Part shown: in pieces, positions 14,808 to 24,546 of the stretch
Position numbering within the stretch: position 1 is the first letter of the stretch
How the letters are laid out: each line of letters opens with the position of its first letter
DNA from: Chthonomonas calidirosea
GTDB lineage: Bacteria; Armatimonadota; Fimbriimonadia; Fimbriimonadales; Fimbriimonadaceae
Assembly (NCBI GenBank): GCA_945859975.1
Contig: CAMAPH010000035.1
Span: 1 to 31,250 of the forward strand
DNA length: 31,250 nt
Direction of reading: 5' to 3'
The notes under the pieces: generated by a model
The model's input: the letters and a program-made list of their open reading frames with translations, nothing else
Told to the model about the DNA's origin: nothing
Databases searched by the model: none
Program-made: the position numbers and the translations under genes

Positions 14808-15755
14808 ATGGAGCACGTTCCCGTCATGGTGCAAGAGATCATGTCCCACCTAGACCCGAAGCCCGGCAACGTCGTTGCCGACGGCACCCTCGGTCTTGGC
14901 GGCCACGCACTCGAGTTCTGCAAGCGAATCGCCCCCGGCGGACACCTGTTTGGGTTCGATTGGGACGAAAAGATGTTCGTCGAGGCGACAAATCGTCTTT
15001 CTGTCGTGAAGGACGTCAAAGTCACCTTGACCGCCCAAGACTTCCGCCAAGCCCCCGCCGTGCTGGATCGCAATCAGGCTCGCCCGAATGCGGTTCTCTT
15101 GGATCTTGGTCTGAATAGCGGGCAAGTGGACGACGCCGAACGCGGTATGAGCTTCCGAGAAGTCGGTCCTTTAGATATGCGCATGGACGTTCGGGTAGGC
15201 GAACCTGCCAGCGCATGGCTCAATCGAGCTACGCTGGACGAAATCGATAATGTTCTGCGAGACTACGGTGACGAGCGCTGGGCCCGCGCTATCGCCAGAG
15301 CTGTTTTAGCTCGAAGAAAGGAACAACCACTACGAACTACGGAAGATTTAGTAGAGTGTGTCTTAGCGGCCATTCCCGTAGGAGCACGCGATAAGCGGCT
15401 TCATCCGGCTACCCGCACCTTCCAGGCAATTCGCATTTTCATCAATGGTGAGTTAGAGGAATTGAGTGAAGCCATTGTCGCATTAGCCGAAAGACTAGCC
15501 GACGGTGGAGCAATCGCTGTCCTCAGCTATCACTCTGGCGAGGACCGCGTGGTCAAGGGTGCCTTTAGAGAATTAGCGAAAGAAGGATTCCGTGAAGAGT
15601 TGCGAAAGCCGCAACTTCCAACCGATGCCGAAATCGCACGCAATGCCCGAAGTCGAAGTGCTCGACTGCGAGTTCTGCGCAAGTTAGATCGTGAAAGTGT
15701 GGGTCAGCAGGAAGCTGACCGTGGGGAGACTCAAGATGAGTATCAAACTAATTGA
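14808..15755 (+). CDS. rsmH: 16S rRNA m4C1402 methyltransferase RsmH (MraW)
   Basis: Motifs HVPVM, DGTLGLGGHA, LLDLG, GPLDMRMD, YGDER, HPATRTFQAIRI, SYHSGEDRVVK and RSRSARLR. Confidence 0.97.
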   Translation: MEHVPVMVQEIMSHLDPKPGNVVADGTLGLGGHALEFCKRIAPGGHLFGFDWDEKMFVEATNRLSVVKDVKVTLTAQDFRQAPAVLDRNQARPNAVLLDLGLNSGQVDDAERGMSFREVGPLDMRMDVRVGEPASAWLNRATLDEIDNVLRDYGDERWARAIARAVLARRKEQPLRTTEDLVECVLAAIPVGARDKRLHPATRTFQAIRIFINGELEELSEAIVALAERLADGGAIAVLSYHSGEDRVVKGAFRELAKEGFREELRKPQLPTDAEIARNARSRSARLRVLRKLDRESVGQQEADRGETQDEYQTN

Positions 15756-16254
15756 AGCAAAGCCAGAATCTGCCACTTCTGCCACGCCAAACGTGGTGCC
15801 GTCCTCCCGTACCCGGCGCGTAGCCCGACCCCAGTCAGCGCCCCAGGCTGAAACTCGTCCGCAGCCGGCAGTCCGCCCGCAACCTGCGGTCCGACCTCAA
15901 CCCGTTGCGAAGCCGCAAGTCAATCCAGAAACGGTTGCTGAGGCCAAGCTCCGAGCCAAGCGAAAGCGCGGATCAGTGGTCGGTTGGACGGTGATGAACA
16001 GCCTCCTCCTCGGTGTCACGTGGGTCCTCAGCTACGGCGCAAGCTCGCTTCTCGCAAGCGTCCAAACCGAGGCGGTCCGAAACACCGCTCTCACCGCCGA
16101 CTCCGTCGCGAAGACTGCGAATCGGTCCACCGATCTCACCAAGCAGCGAATGGCCGCAATGGATTCCGCTTCAGAATCCGTCTTCGGTACGTCTCAACCT
16201 TGGAGCCCGGCAACAACTGCGCGGACCAACGGATATGTCGCAAGTCGCCGCTAG
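15736..16254 (+). CDS. Single-pass membrane protein in the ftsL position (FtsL-like)
   Basis: Lies between rsmH and ftsI, with SD GGGGAG before the ATG at 15736. It has a Pro-rich cytoplasmic N-terminus, a basic KRKR patch, one TM segment and a helical tail. The assignment rests on synteny and topology only. Confidence 0.6.
   Translation: MSIKLIEAKPESATSATPNVVPSSRTRRVARPQSAPQAETRPQPAVRPQPAVRPQPVAKPQVNPETVAEAKLRAKRKRGSVVGWTVMNSLLLGVTWVLSYGASSLLASVQTEAVRNTALTADSVAKTANRSTDLTKQRMAAMDSASESVFGTSQPWSPATTARTNGYVASRR
15856..15921 (+). repeat. 18-nt coding tandem repeat (RPQPAV-RPQPAV-RPQPVA-KPQV)
   Basis: CGTCCGCAGCCGGCAGTC / CGCCCGCAACCTGCGGTC / CGACCTCAACCCGTTGCG / AAGCCGCAAGTC. Confidence 0.8.
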
Positions 16255-18007
16255 ACCGCTGAATCACGGACTCATCAAAGGGTTGTTAGGGGTTTGCGCC
16301 CTCGCAACCGTCATGTCACAGGCGAAAATCCAAACCTGGGCCGCAGAAGACACTAAGGCTCAAGCACGAAAAGCGAACCGATACGGAGTCACGAAGGCAG
16401 TCGTGGCTTCGCGCGGTCGCATCCTAGATCGAAATCGCGCCCCCCTCGCACAAGATTCTCCCATCACCGAACTCGTCGTCGACTACCGCAAAGCCCCAAG
16501 CAGCCCTGGCTTCTGGGCTGCCCTCAGCGACGCCACTGGCATTCCCGCGAACGAATTCACCGCCATCGGCTCCGTGACCGAAAAGAGCCGAAGCTGGGTC
16601 GTCTCCCTCTCCTCCGACCAGCGCAACCGAATCGCCGCGATCCGAAAATTCTGGCGACCCGATGGCGTCTCGATCTCCGGAAAAGGTGAGCGCGAAAACG
16701 TCCTCGGCGACGCCACCTCCCCCATCATCGGCGGCTTCCGGCATCAATTGGCCAAGGACAACAAAACTAAGGTCACCGTTGCCACCGGCCTAGAAAGCAC
16801 TCAAGACGCATTGTTGAAAGGGAAGGACGGCAAACAAGTCGGCTTCGCGGATAAGAACGGCAACCTCTTGCCCAACCGTCTCATTGAGTCCCTTTGTATC
16901 CCGAAGGCAGACGGTCAAGATATTGAGACCACCATCGACGCCACCCTCCAAGCTTCCGCCTATGCAGCCCTAAAGGAAACGGTCGTAGCCAATGGTGCGA
17001 ACGAAGGAAGCGCCGTCGTCCTAGACCCAAGAACCGGCGACGTGCTCGCCCTTGTCACCTACCCAACCTTCAGTTCCAGCGAATTCGCCAAAGGAACCGG
17101 CGTTCCATTCGGTGCCAATCCCGCCACCAAGAACCGCTTCGAACCGGGTTCCACCTTCAAAATCCTGACCCTCGCAAAAGCGCTCGACGCGGGCAAAACC
17201 TCCATGTCCGAGCACTTCTACTGCCGCCTAACGATGCAAGTCGGTAAGCGCACCATTGGCTGCGACCGCAAACACGGCGCGCACGGCGACGTCGACGCAA
17301 CCAAAGCCATCGCCAAGAGCTGCAACGTCGCCGCCGCAACCTGGGCGATGCGCGTTGGGCACCCAGCGTTCACCAAATACATGACCGACCTCGGCCTCTT
17401 CGAACCAACCGGCGTCGAACTCGGCGGAGAAGTCGCGGGTTCCTATAACAAGAAGGAGTACTCAAAGATCCTTCAGCTCGCAACGTTCGGCTTCGGCCAG
17501 TCCCTCACCTGCACCCCCATCAGCCTCGCCAGCGCCTTCTCGACCATCGCTAACGATGGAAAGCGCGTCCCGCCGCGACTCATCCGCCGCCTCGGAGATG
17601 AAACCGTCGAACGGCCCAAAGCGAAGCAAATCATTTCCGCCGAAACCGCGCGAGAAGTCCTCGAAACAATGGAAGCGGTCATCGAAACCAAAGCCGGCAC
17701 CGGCTACAGCCTCCGCATCCCCGGTTATCGCCTCGCCGGAAAGACCGGAACGGCTGAGAAGATCGGCTCCGTTGACCCGATCACCAAAAAGAAGATCAGC
17801 GGCTACGTCGCCAACTTCATCGGCTTCGTTCCCGCCGTTCGACCCCAAGCCGTCGTGTTGGTGATGGTCGATAATCCGAAGAAGCAAATCTACGGCGGCG
17901 CAGTCGCAGGCCCTGCCTTCCGTCAGATCGCTCTGTCGGTTATCAAGAGCATGCGCATCCCGCCCGATCGAAGCGAGCAGCCGGTAAGGGAAGGTGGCGA
18001 CACGTGA
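16235..18007 (+). CDS. ftsI: Class B penicillin-binding protein (FtsI/PBP3-type transpeptidase)
   Basis: RGRILDRN, GLE and TTIDATLQ, with catalytic SxxK (EPGSTFK), SxN (SCN) and KTG (GKTGTA). The start is set at the ATG at 16235 (MSQVAAR), just before the TM segment. Confidence 0.92.
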   Translation: MSQVAARPLNHGLIKGLLGVCALATVMSQAKIQTWAAEDTKAQARKANRYGVTKAVVASRGRILDRNRAPLAQDSPITELVVDYRKAPSSPGFWAALSDATGIPANEFTAIGSVTEKSRSWVVSLSSDQRNRIAAIRKFWRPDGVSISGKGERENVLGDATSPIIGGFRHQLAKDNKTKVTVATGLESTQDALLKGKDGKQVGFADKNGNLLPNRLIESLCIPKADGQDIETTIDATLQASAYAALKETVVANGANEGSAVVLDPRTGDVLALVTYPTFSSSEFAKGTGVPFGANPATKNRFEPGSTFKILTLAKALDAGKTSMSEHFYCRLTMQVGKRTIGCDRKHGAHGDVDATKAIAKSCNVAAATWAMRVGHPAFTKYMTDLGLFEPTGVELGGEVAGSYNKKEYSKILQLATFGFGQSLTCTPISLASAFSTIANDGKRVPPRLIRRLGDETVERPKAKQIISAETAREVLETMEAVIETKAGTGYSLRIPGYRLAGKTGTAEKIGSVDPITKKKISGYVANFIGFVPAVRPQAVVLVMVDNPKKQIYGGAVAGPAFRQIALSVIKSMRIPPDRSEQPVREGGDT

Positions 18008-19488
18008 CGCTCCGCGAGCTCTGTGCCCGCTCTGGCATCGCCGAATCCGGCACTGGGCAGAGCCCAGAAATCAAACATCTCACTTTAGATTCCCGGCTGG
18101 TCCAGCCGGGATCGTTGTTTGTTTGCATGCCGTCAAATCGGCAAGACAGCCACGCCTTCCTGCCCACCGCTGCCGCCGCGGGAGCCGTCGCCACCATTGT
18201 CCATAAAGAATCTGCCGTAGCGGAAGCACGAGCGCTTGGTCTCGAAGCCATCTATCTCCCCGCCGAGAGCTACCCAGACACCCTCTGGCAACTCGCCCGC
18301 GCCTTCTATAACTCCCCAACCGCCAGCTACAAGCTCATCGGCGTCACCGGAACCAACGGCAAAACCACCACCGCTTGGATCATGCGCCAGATGCTCACCG
18401 CGCTCGGCCTGCGGGCTGGCTATCTCGGGACCCTCGGTTTCACCCTCCCCGAATCCAGCATCGAACTCAACAACACCACGCCGTTCGCCCTCGAACTCTA
18501 TGCCCGACTCGACGAAGGCCGCACCGCCAACCTCGATGCCCTGTGCATCGAAGTCTCCAGCCACGCCCTCGCCGAAAAGCGCGCCGATGGCCTCGAGTTC
18601 GACGCCGCGATCTTTACCAACCTCACCCAAGACCACCTCGATTTCCACGGGACGCTAGAGGCATACGCCGAAGCCAAATTCCGCCTCTTCTCCGAGCTTC
18701 CGCTCCAGTCGGATAAGCCGTTCAAGGCCGCCATCAACGTCGCCGACCCGGTCGGGCAAGCTTTCGCGAATAGGATCACCCAGCCCGTCCTGACTTTCTC
18801 CACCGAAGCAAAAATCGAAGCCAACTACCACTTCACGGCAACCGACGTCCAACTCGACTCCATCACCTTCGACCTAAAGACCCCCACCGGCAACCACCGC
18901 CTAACCGCCGGGCTCGGCGGACTCTTCAACGTCGAAAACCTCGCCTCCGCCATCACCGGCCTCATCGCCGCTGGCTACCCCCTGGAAGACCTTCTCACAA
19001 CAACGCAGAACCTAATACCCGTACCAGGCCGGTTCGAAAACGTCCCCATCGAAGCCGATTTCCGCGTTATCGTCGACTACGCCCACACTCCCGACGCGCT
19101 GGAAAAGCTGCTCGACTCCGTCCGCCCCCTCACCGCCGGCCGCGTCATCACCGTCGTCGGCTGCGGAGGGGACCGAGACAAGACCAAACGCCCCCTCATG
19201 GGCTTCGCCGCCAGCCAGCGCAGCGATCTCACTATCGTCACCAGCGACAACCCTAGGACCGAAGACCCGGAAACGATCGTCGCCGAGGTCCTCGACGGCA
19301 TCGCCCCCAATCGGCCCGCAATTGCCATCGTAGACCGAGCCGAAGCCATCGCTCACGCCGTCGGCTTCGCATCGGAAAACGATGTTGTCGTCATCGCCGG
19401 GAAAGGGCACGAGAACTACCAGATTATTGGTCACGAAAAATTCCCCTTCGATGACCGCGACTTTGTGAGAGAGGCACTGAAAAAATGA
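18004..19488 (+). CDS. murE: UDP-MurNAc-tripeptide synthetase MurE (meso-DAP type)
   Basis: Motifs GVTGTNGKTTT, EVSSH, FTNLTQDHLDFH, DYAHTPDAL, GCGGDRD and AGKGHENYQ. DNPR is the established meso-DAP specificity motif. Confidence 0.97.
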   Translation: MTLRELCARSGIAESGTGQSPEIKHLTLDSRLVQPGSLFVCMPSNRQDSHAFLPTAAAAGAVATIVHKESAVAEARALGLEAIYLPAESYPDTLWQLARAFYNSPTASYKLIGVTGTNGKTTTAWIMRQMLTALGLRAGYLGTLGFTLPESSIELNNTTPFALELYARLDEGRTANLDALCIEVSSHALAEKRADGLEFDAAIFTNLTQDHLDFHGTLEAYAEAKFRLFSELPLQSDKPFKAAINVADPVGQAFANRITQPVLTFSTEAKIEANYHFTATDVQLDSITFDLKTPTGNHRLTAGLGGLFNVENLASAITGLIAAGYPLEDLLTTTQNLIPVPGRFENVPIEADFRVIVDYAHTPDALEKLLDSVRPLTAGRVITVVGCGGDRDKTKRPLMGFAASQRSDLTIVTSDNPRTEDPETIVAEVLDGIAPNRPAIAIVDRAEAIAHAVGFASENDVVVIAGKGHENYQIIGHEKFPFDDRDFVREALKK

Positions 19489-20831
19489 AACCAATTTCCG
19501 CCAAAAACCTCGCCGAAAGAATGGGCGGCACGTACCACGGAGAACCCACCCGAATCCAAGGTTTTGCCACCGACCATCGCGAAGTCAAACCCGGCGACGC
19601 CTTCCTTGCCATCAAAGGCGCCCGAGTAGACGGTCACGATTTCGCCGACCAGGCAATCGCCGCGGGAGCCCTTCTGGTCGTCAGCGAAAAGGAACTTGAC
19701 GTGCCGCACGTTCGGGTGGCAAACCTCGTCGCCGCCCTCTCAAGCCTGGCCCTCAGCTTCCGAATTGCCTTCGATGGCCCGGTAGTCGGCATCACCGGTA
19801 GCGCTGGAAAAACCATGACGAAAGAGTTCGTCGCCGCCGCCCTCTCTCCCCTCGGCCCGATCAAAAAGACCGATGGCAACCGCAACACCGAATACACCGC
19901 GCCCCTCCTTTGGCCCGAAGTCACGACGGGAGACGCTGCCGTGGTTGTTGAACTCTCCATGCGTGGAATGGGGCAAATCGCCCACCTCGCGGAATTCTGC
20001 CGCCCCACCCACTCCCTCATCACCAACATCGGCTGGGCCCACCTCGAGCAAGTCGGCTCCCGTGCCGCCATCGCCCTGGCCAAAGGCGAAATCCTGGAAG
20101 CCCTGCCGCAAGACGGCGTCGCCGTGCTCTGGAAAGACGACGAGTTCTTCGATTCCCTCAAAGCCCGTGCCTGGCCGCGCTCGACCATCACTTTCGGCTA
20201 CGGCGAAGGCTGCGACTGCCGCATCATCGGCTACGAAGCCGTCTCCTGGCAAAGTTGCCTCGTCCGCGGGTTCTATCTCAACCTCCCGTGGGAAGCTGAG
20301 CTACCGGTGGTCGGCCGACACCTGGCCCTAAATGCTGCCGCCGCAATCGCCGTCGCCGCCAGCGTCGGCATCTCACCCCAAGAAGCCTCCGGCGAACTCT
20401 TCGGCGCCGAAATCCCACCGATGCGAATGGAGATTCGCGACTACAACGGCGCCCTGATCCTTCTCGACACCTACAACGCCTCCGTCCCCGGAACCCTCGG
20501 AGCCATCGAGACCCTAAGCGAAATGCCCTGTGACGGGAAGCGCCGCGCTGTACTCGGAGAAATGCGCGAACTCGGTGCCTTCGAAACAGAAGCACACGAA
20601 ATGGTCGGCAAGACCCTTCTGAACTCGAAAATCGACGAAGTCTGCTTCATCGGCGAACCGATGGTGAAAACGACCGCCGAAATGTTCCGAGCCTCCGGAA
20701 AGCCCTTCACCCTTGCGGCCAACATTGAGGAAGTCCGAGCCTTCGTCGCGGCAAGCCAGCCTGGCGATACCGTTCTGATCAAAGGATCGCGAGCCCTCGA
20801 ACTTGAACGAGCCTTGGAGACCTTGCAATGA
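19485..20831 (+). CDS. murF: UDP-MurNAc-tripeptide:D-Ala-D-Ala ligase MurF
   Basis: Motifs DGHDF, GITGSAGKT, TNIGWAHLE, DTYNA, LGEMRELG and LIKGSR. Confidence 0.95.
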   Translation: MKPISAKNLAERMGGTYHGEPTRIQGFATDHREVKPGDAFLAIKGARVDGHDFADQAIAAGALLVVSEKELDVPHVRVANLVAALSSLALSFRIAFDGPVVGITGSAGKTMTKEFVAAALSPLGPIKKTDGNRNTEYTAPLLWPEVTTGDAAVVVELSMRGMGQIAHLAEFCRPTHSLITNIGWAHLEQVGSRAAIALAKGEILEALPQDGVAVLWKDDEFFDSLKARAWPRSTITFGYGEGCDCRIIGYEAVSWQSCLVRGFYLNLPWEAELPVVGRHLALNAAAAIAVAASVGISPQEASGELFGAEIPPMRMEIRDYNGALILLDTYNASVPGTLGAIETLSEMPCDGKRRAVLGEMRELGAFETEAHEMVGKTLLNSKIDEVCFIGEPMVKTTAEMFRASGKPFTLAANIEEVRAFVAASQPGDTVLIKGSRALELERALETLQ

Positions 20832-21886
20832 TTCTCGCGATCAAGGCGTTCTGGATCACCCTTTGTGTTGCGACGCTCGTATCGCGACCGGTCTACCAAT
20901 TCCTGCTTGGTCTCAAGTCGCGGCAAGTCATTAGCGCCTTCGTTCCCGAAGGTCACCAAGCCAAGGTCGGCACGCCAAACATGGGCGGCTGGATTCCCGT
21001 AATCGGCATGATTTTCATGTTCGTTTACTTCCTCTTCCTGCCCACCAGCAGCATGATTGAGGCCCTCGGCTACAGCAGCACGACGACGCTCATGACGGTT
21101 ATCACGCCGAACTACGTTTATGGCGTGCTCAGCCTTCTCATTGGCTATGCGCTTCTTGGTTTCGCCGACGACTACCTCGTCCCAAAGATGAAGCCCGGCA
21201 AGCGCGGCATCGACTGGCTGCCAAAGCTAGGGCTCCAAATCATCCTCGCCCTCCCGTGCGCCTGGCTCACTTCGAACTGGAACCTCCCGAACGCCGGTGC
21301 CACGCTGTTCATGATCCTGTTCTTCGCCAACGCCTACAACTTCTCCGATGGCCTCGACGCTCTCGCCGGAAGCTTGCTGATTGGTATCTGCGTGGGAATG
21401 CTCGTGATGGGCGTCATGGCTAGCAGCGGAATCACGATGCTAATTTCGGCCGGATTGCTTGGCGGCATCATCCCATTCCTGTTCTTTAATGCCCCTCCGG
21501 CCAAAGTGTTCATGGGCGATACCGGCTCACTCCCAATCGGCGGACTGCTCGGCGTCGGGTTCTGGAAACTCGCGATGATCGGCCAGCAAAACATGGTCCT
21601 CAGCTTCTGGGGCACCCCCAAGCTCTCCCTTTGGCTCGTCGGCCTTGTCCTGCTAGCCGGAATGATGATCGCGGAGCTTGTGCCGGTTCCTCTCCAAATT
21701 CTCAGCGTCAAGCTCTTCAAACGAAAGCTGTTCCCATTCACACCGATTCACCACGCGTTCGAAAAGGCTGGTTGGAAGGAAACGCGGGTCGTCTGGAGTT
21801 TCGCCCTCGTCCAGCTTCTTCTCACCGTTGCCGCCTTGACCTTCGCCGCCATCGCCTTCAATCCGTCCATGGCTCCGACCCCCTAA
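20828..21886 (+). CDS. mraY: Phospho-N-acetylmuramoyl-pentapeptide transferase MraY
   Basis: Multi-pass membrane protein with GTPNMGG, GFADDY, NFSDGLDAL, NAPPAKVFMGDTGS and PIHHAFE. Confidence 0.95.
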   Translation: MILAIKAFWITLCVATLVSRPVYQFLLGLKSRQVISAFVPEGHQAKVGTPNMGGWIPVIGMIFMFVYFLFLPTSSMIEALGYSSTTTLMTVITPNYVYGVLSLLIGYALLGFADDYLVPKMKPGKRGIDWLPKLGLQIILALPCAWLTSNWNLPNAGATLFMILFFANAYNFSDGLDALAGSLLIGICVGMLVMGVMASSGITMLISAGLLGGIIPFLFFNAPPAKVFMGDTGSLPIGGLLGVGFWKLAMIGQQNMVLSFWGTPKLSLWLVGLVLLAGMMIAELVPVPLQILSVKLFKRKLFPFTPIHHAFEKAGWKETRVVWSFALVQLLLTVAALTFAAIAFNPSMAPTP

Positions 21887-21893
21887 ATCCGCT

Positions 21894-23342
21894 ATGCCGC
21901 ACTCGATTGAAAACCAAACCATTGCCATATTCGGCCTCGGCCGATCTGGCCTGGCCGTGGCAAAGGCCGCGCGAGATCGTGGTGCGTTCCCAACCGTCTA
22001 CGATCAAAGTTCGCTAGAAAACCTCGCGAAGCCGGAGATCCTGACTGAAGCCGAAGGTCTTGGCTTGCCCGTCGTTCTGAACTGGGATGGCACTCTGCCG
22101 AAGTCGGACCTGCTCGTCGTAAACCCCGCCGTCCGCAAAGATCATCCACTGATCCTGAAACTCAAAGACGAACTCGAAATCATCAGCGAGGTCGAGTTCG
22201 CCTACCGCATCAGCCGCGCACCGATCCTCGCCATCACCGGCACCAACGGGAAAAGCACCACCACCGTCATGCTCTACCGTTGCCTTCTCGCCGCCGGTGA
22301 AGAAGCGATTCTGTGCGGCAACATCTTCGGCAGCGGCTACCCCGAAATGGCCCTAACTGACGCCGCCGCAAACGCAACCGAAGACCAAGTCCTCGTCGCC
22401 GAGATCAGTTCATTCCAGCTCGAATGGGTCCGAGAGTTCCGCCCCAAAGTCGCCGGAATCACGAACATCACGTCGGACCATCTCGACCGATACGAAGGCG
22501 TCAACGATTACGCCAAAACCAAACTCCGAATTTTCACCGCTCAACAAGAAGATGACTTCGCTGTGATCCGTGGCCACGATCCCGTCGTGCCCAAACCGAA
22601 AGGACCTCAAGTCCTCACCTTCGGTGCCACTGCCGAACACGCTCACATCGACGAGGACGGCATCTCCTTCTTCGGCGAGCGCTTCCTCACCGCCAACTGG
22701 TCGCTCCAAGAAGCCCACAACCGCGCCAACGCCGCCATGGCCGCGCTCATGGCCTACGCGTTCCTCAAGCAAAAGAACGCGCCCGTCGTGCAGGAAGCCA
22801 TAGAGAACCGAAAAGCAAAGTTGAACGCCAAACGAACCGTCTATTCCGGCCGAACCGCCGAAATCACCGATTCCATGCCGGCCGTCCTACTCGAACCGTT
22901 CGAAGACATGGCGCCCTTGAAGCACCGAATGCAGCTCCTCGGTGCAAGAAACGGCATTCGGGTCATTAACAATTCCATGTGCACCAACCCCGACGCCGTT
23001 GTGAAATCGGCTCAGTCCGTGCGCGACTCCGTCCACCTTCTTCTTGGCGGTGTCAATAAAGGCCTCAGCTTCAAACCCGTCAAAGCTTTTCTCGCCAACC
23101 AGCGGCATCGCGGCTATCTCTTCGGCCGCGATGCGGCAGAAATCAATGCCGAGCTCGGCGGAGATATCCCGATTTTTGACACCATGCAAGAAGCATTCGC
23201 CGCCGCGACCGTCGCCGCCGTCAATGGAGAAGTCATCATGCTCGCTCCCGGCTGTGCGAGTTCCGATCAGTTTCGCGACTTTAGACATCGGGGCGACGTC
23301 TTTACTGAATTAGCCAAGGAGTGGCTCGACCATGCGAACTAG
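21894..23342 (+). CDS. murD: UDP-MurNAc-L-Ala:D-Glu ligase MurD
   Basis: Motifs GLGRSG, ISEVE, AITGTNGKSTTT, GNI, EISSFQL, DHLDRY and APGCASSDQF...RGDVF. Confidence 0.95.
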   Translation: MPHSIENQTIAIFGLGRSGLAVAKAARDRGAFPTVYDQSSLENLAKPEILTEAEGLGLPVVLNWDGTLPKSDLLVVNPAVRKDHPLILKLKDELEIISEVEFAYRISRAPILAITGTNGKSTTTVMLYRCLLAAGEEAILCGNIFGSGYPEMALTDAAANATEDQVLVAEISSFQLEWVREFRPKVAGITNITSDHLDRYEGVNDYAKTKLRIFTAQQEDDFAVIRGHDPVVPKPKGPQVLTFGATAEHAHIDEDGISFFGERFLTANWSLQEAHNRANAAMAALMAYAFLKQKNAPVVQEAIENRKAKLNAKRTVYSGRTAEITDSMPAVLLEPFEDMAPLKHRMQLLGARNGIRVINNSMCTNPDAVVKSAQSVRDSVHLLLGGVNKGLSFKPVKAFLANQRHRGYLFGRDAAEINAELGGDIPIFDTMQEAFAAATVAAVNGEVIMLAPGCASSDQFRDFRHRGDVFTELAKEWLDHAN

Positions 23343-24546
23343 GATTGTTCCGGATATCTGGCTGTTTATCTTTGCTGTTTCAGCGACCCTGATCGGTCTG
23401 TTGTTCATCTTTGATGCCGGCTACGCGCGCAGCATCCAAGAAACGGGCTCCATGATTCCGGCGGAGTTCACGACTCAAATTCGTTTACTCTTGGTCGCCA
23501 TGGTTGGGTACGTCATCTGCCGCTACCTACCGATTGATTTCTTCAAGCGATCCGCAGGTTGGCTTTGGATTGTTTCGCTCATCGGGCTCGGCCTGGTCGA
23601 TGTGATCGGAAAGAGCCAAAACGAAGCGAAGCGCTGGATTGCCATCGGAAGTGTGACCATCCAGCCTTCAGAGTTCGCCAAGCTCACGCTCGTACTCTTC
23701 CTCGCTGCCGTCCTTGCCGAAAAGAAAGAATGGAACCCGGCGAAACGTCGCCGCAACTTTGCCCTCTGGTTCGACAATGTCCTCGTGCCCCAATTTAAGC
23801 GGTGGGTGCCCGGCTTTCTCGTCCTCGTAGGCATCTTCTTCATCGAGCTTGGAAAGGACCTCGGCACCGCCGGCGTCTTGTTCGCCATCTTCCTCGCGAT
23901 GTGTGCGACCGGCGGCGTCGGTCGGCGTAGCTGGGCGACCATCGGCGTGGTCGTCCTCATCTTCTTGCCCGCGCTCTTCATGAAGCAGGCGTACCGAATG
24001 GAGCGCCTGACGACCCACACCGCACGTTGGGAGACCCAAAACGTCGACGATAAAGGGTTCCAAACCACCCAGGCCGAACGAGGCATGGCCGATGGCGGCC
24101 TCTTTGGCGTCGGAATCGGGTCCGGCCAGGTGAAGCACATCATTCCCGCGCCGACGACCGACTACATCATGGCGACTATCGCCGAAGAGACCGGATTGGT
24201 CGGAGCACTCATTGTGCTGGGCGCCATTGCTGGTCTTGTTCTTCGGCTGATTAGCCTGGCCCAAAGGGCGACCGAACGCTTCGCCGCGCTCACGTTCTAT
24301 GGAATTGCCGCTTGGATCGGAATCCAAACTGCGGTGAACGTGATGATGGCGAACGCAACCCTTCCGTCCATCGGAATCCCGATCCCGTTCATTTCCTCGG
24401 GCGGGTCAAGTCTCGTTGCGCTTTGGATGGCTATCGGCGTGGCTCAACGGCTTGCCGCCGCCCCGGCTCTCGCTCCCCAGGAGGACGAAAATGCGAATCG
24501 CAATCACCGGCGGTGGAACCGGCGGCCACATCTATCCGGCGCTTGA
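23332..24546 (+). CDS. ftsW: SEDS peptidoglycan polymerase FtsW
   Basis: Motifs AKRWI, QPSEFAK, DLGT, GGLFGVG, TDYI (catalytic Asp), AEETG and PFISSGGSSL, in the dcw position. Confidence 0.93.
   Translation: MRTRIVPDIWLFIFAVSATLIGLLFIFDAGYARSIQETGSMIPAEFTTQIRLLLVAMVGYVICRYLPIDFFKRSAGWLWIVSLIGLGLVDVIGKSQNEAKRWIAIGSVTIQPSEFAKLTLVLFLAAVLAEKKEWNPAKRRRNFALWFDNVLVPQFKRWVPGFLVLVGIFFIELGKDLGTAGVLFAIFLAMCATGGVGRRSWATIGVVVLIFLPALFMKQAYRMERLTTHTARWETQNVDDKGFQTTQAERGMADGGLFGVGIGSGQVKHIIPAPTTDYIMATIAEETGLVGALIVLGAIAGLVLRLISLAQRATERFAALTFYGIAAWIGIQTAVNVMMANATLPSIGIPIPFISSGGSSLVALWMAIGVAQRLAAAPALAPQEDENANRNHRRWNRRPHLSGA

Noticed and set aside
15280..15500. A/T-ending codon patch inside rsmH (foreign DNA or internal promoter?)
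   Set aside because: The protein motifs run uninterrupted and no convincing promoter was found. The signal is too weak without computed statistics.
16013..16234. Long N-terminal extension of FtsI; likewise MurG 24416-24490 and prepilin 8878-8928
   Set aside because: Each overlaps the upstream gene. Downstream ATGs give family-typical N-termini.
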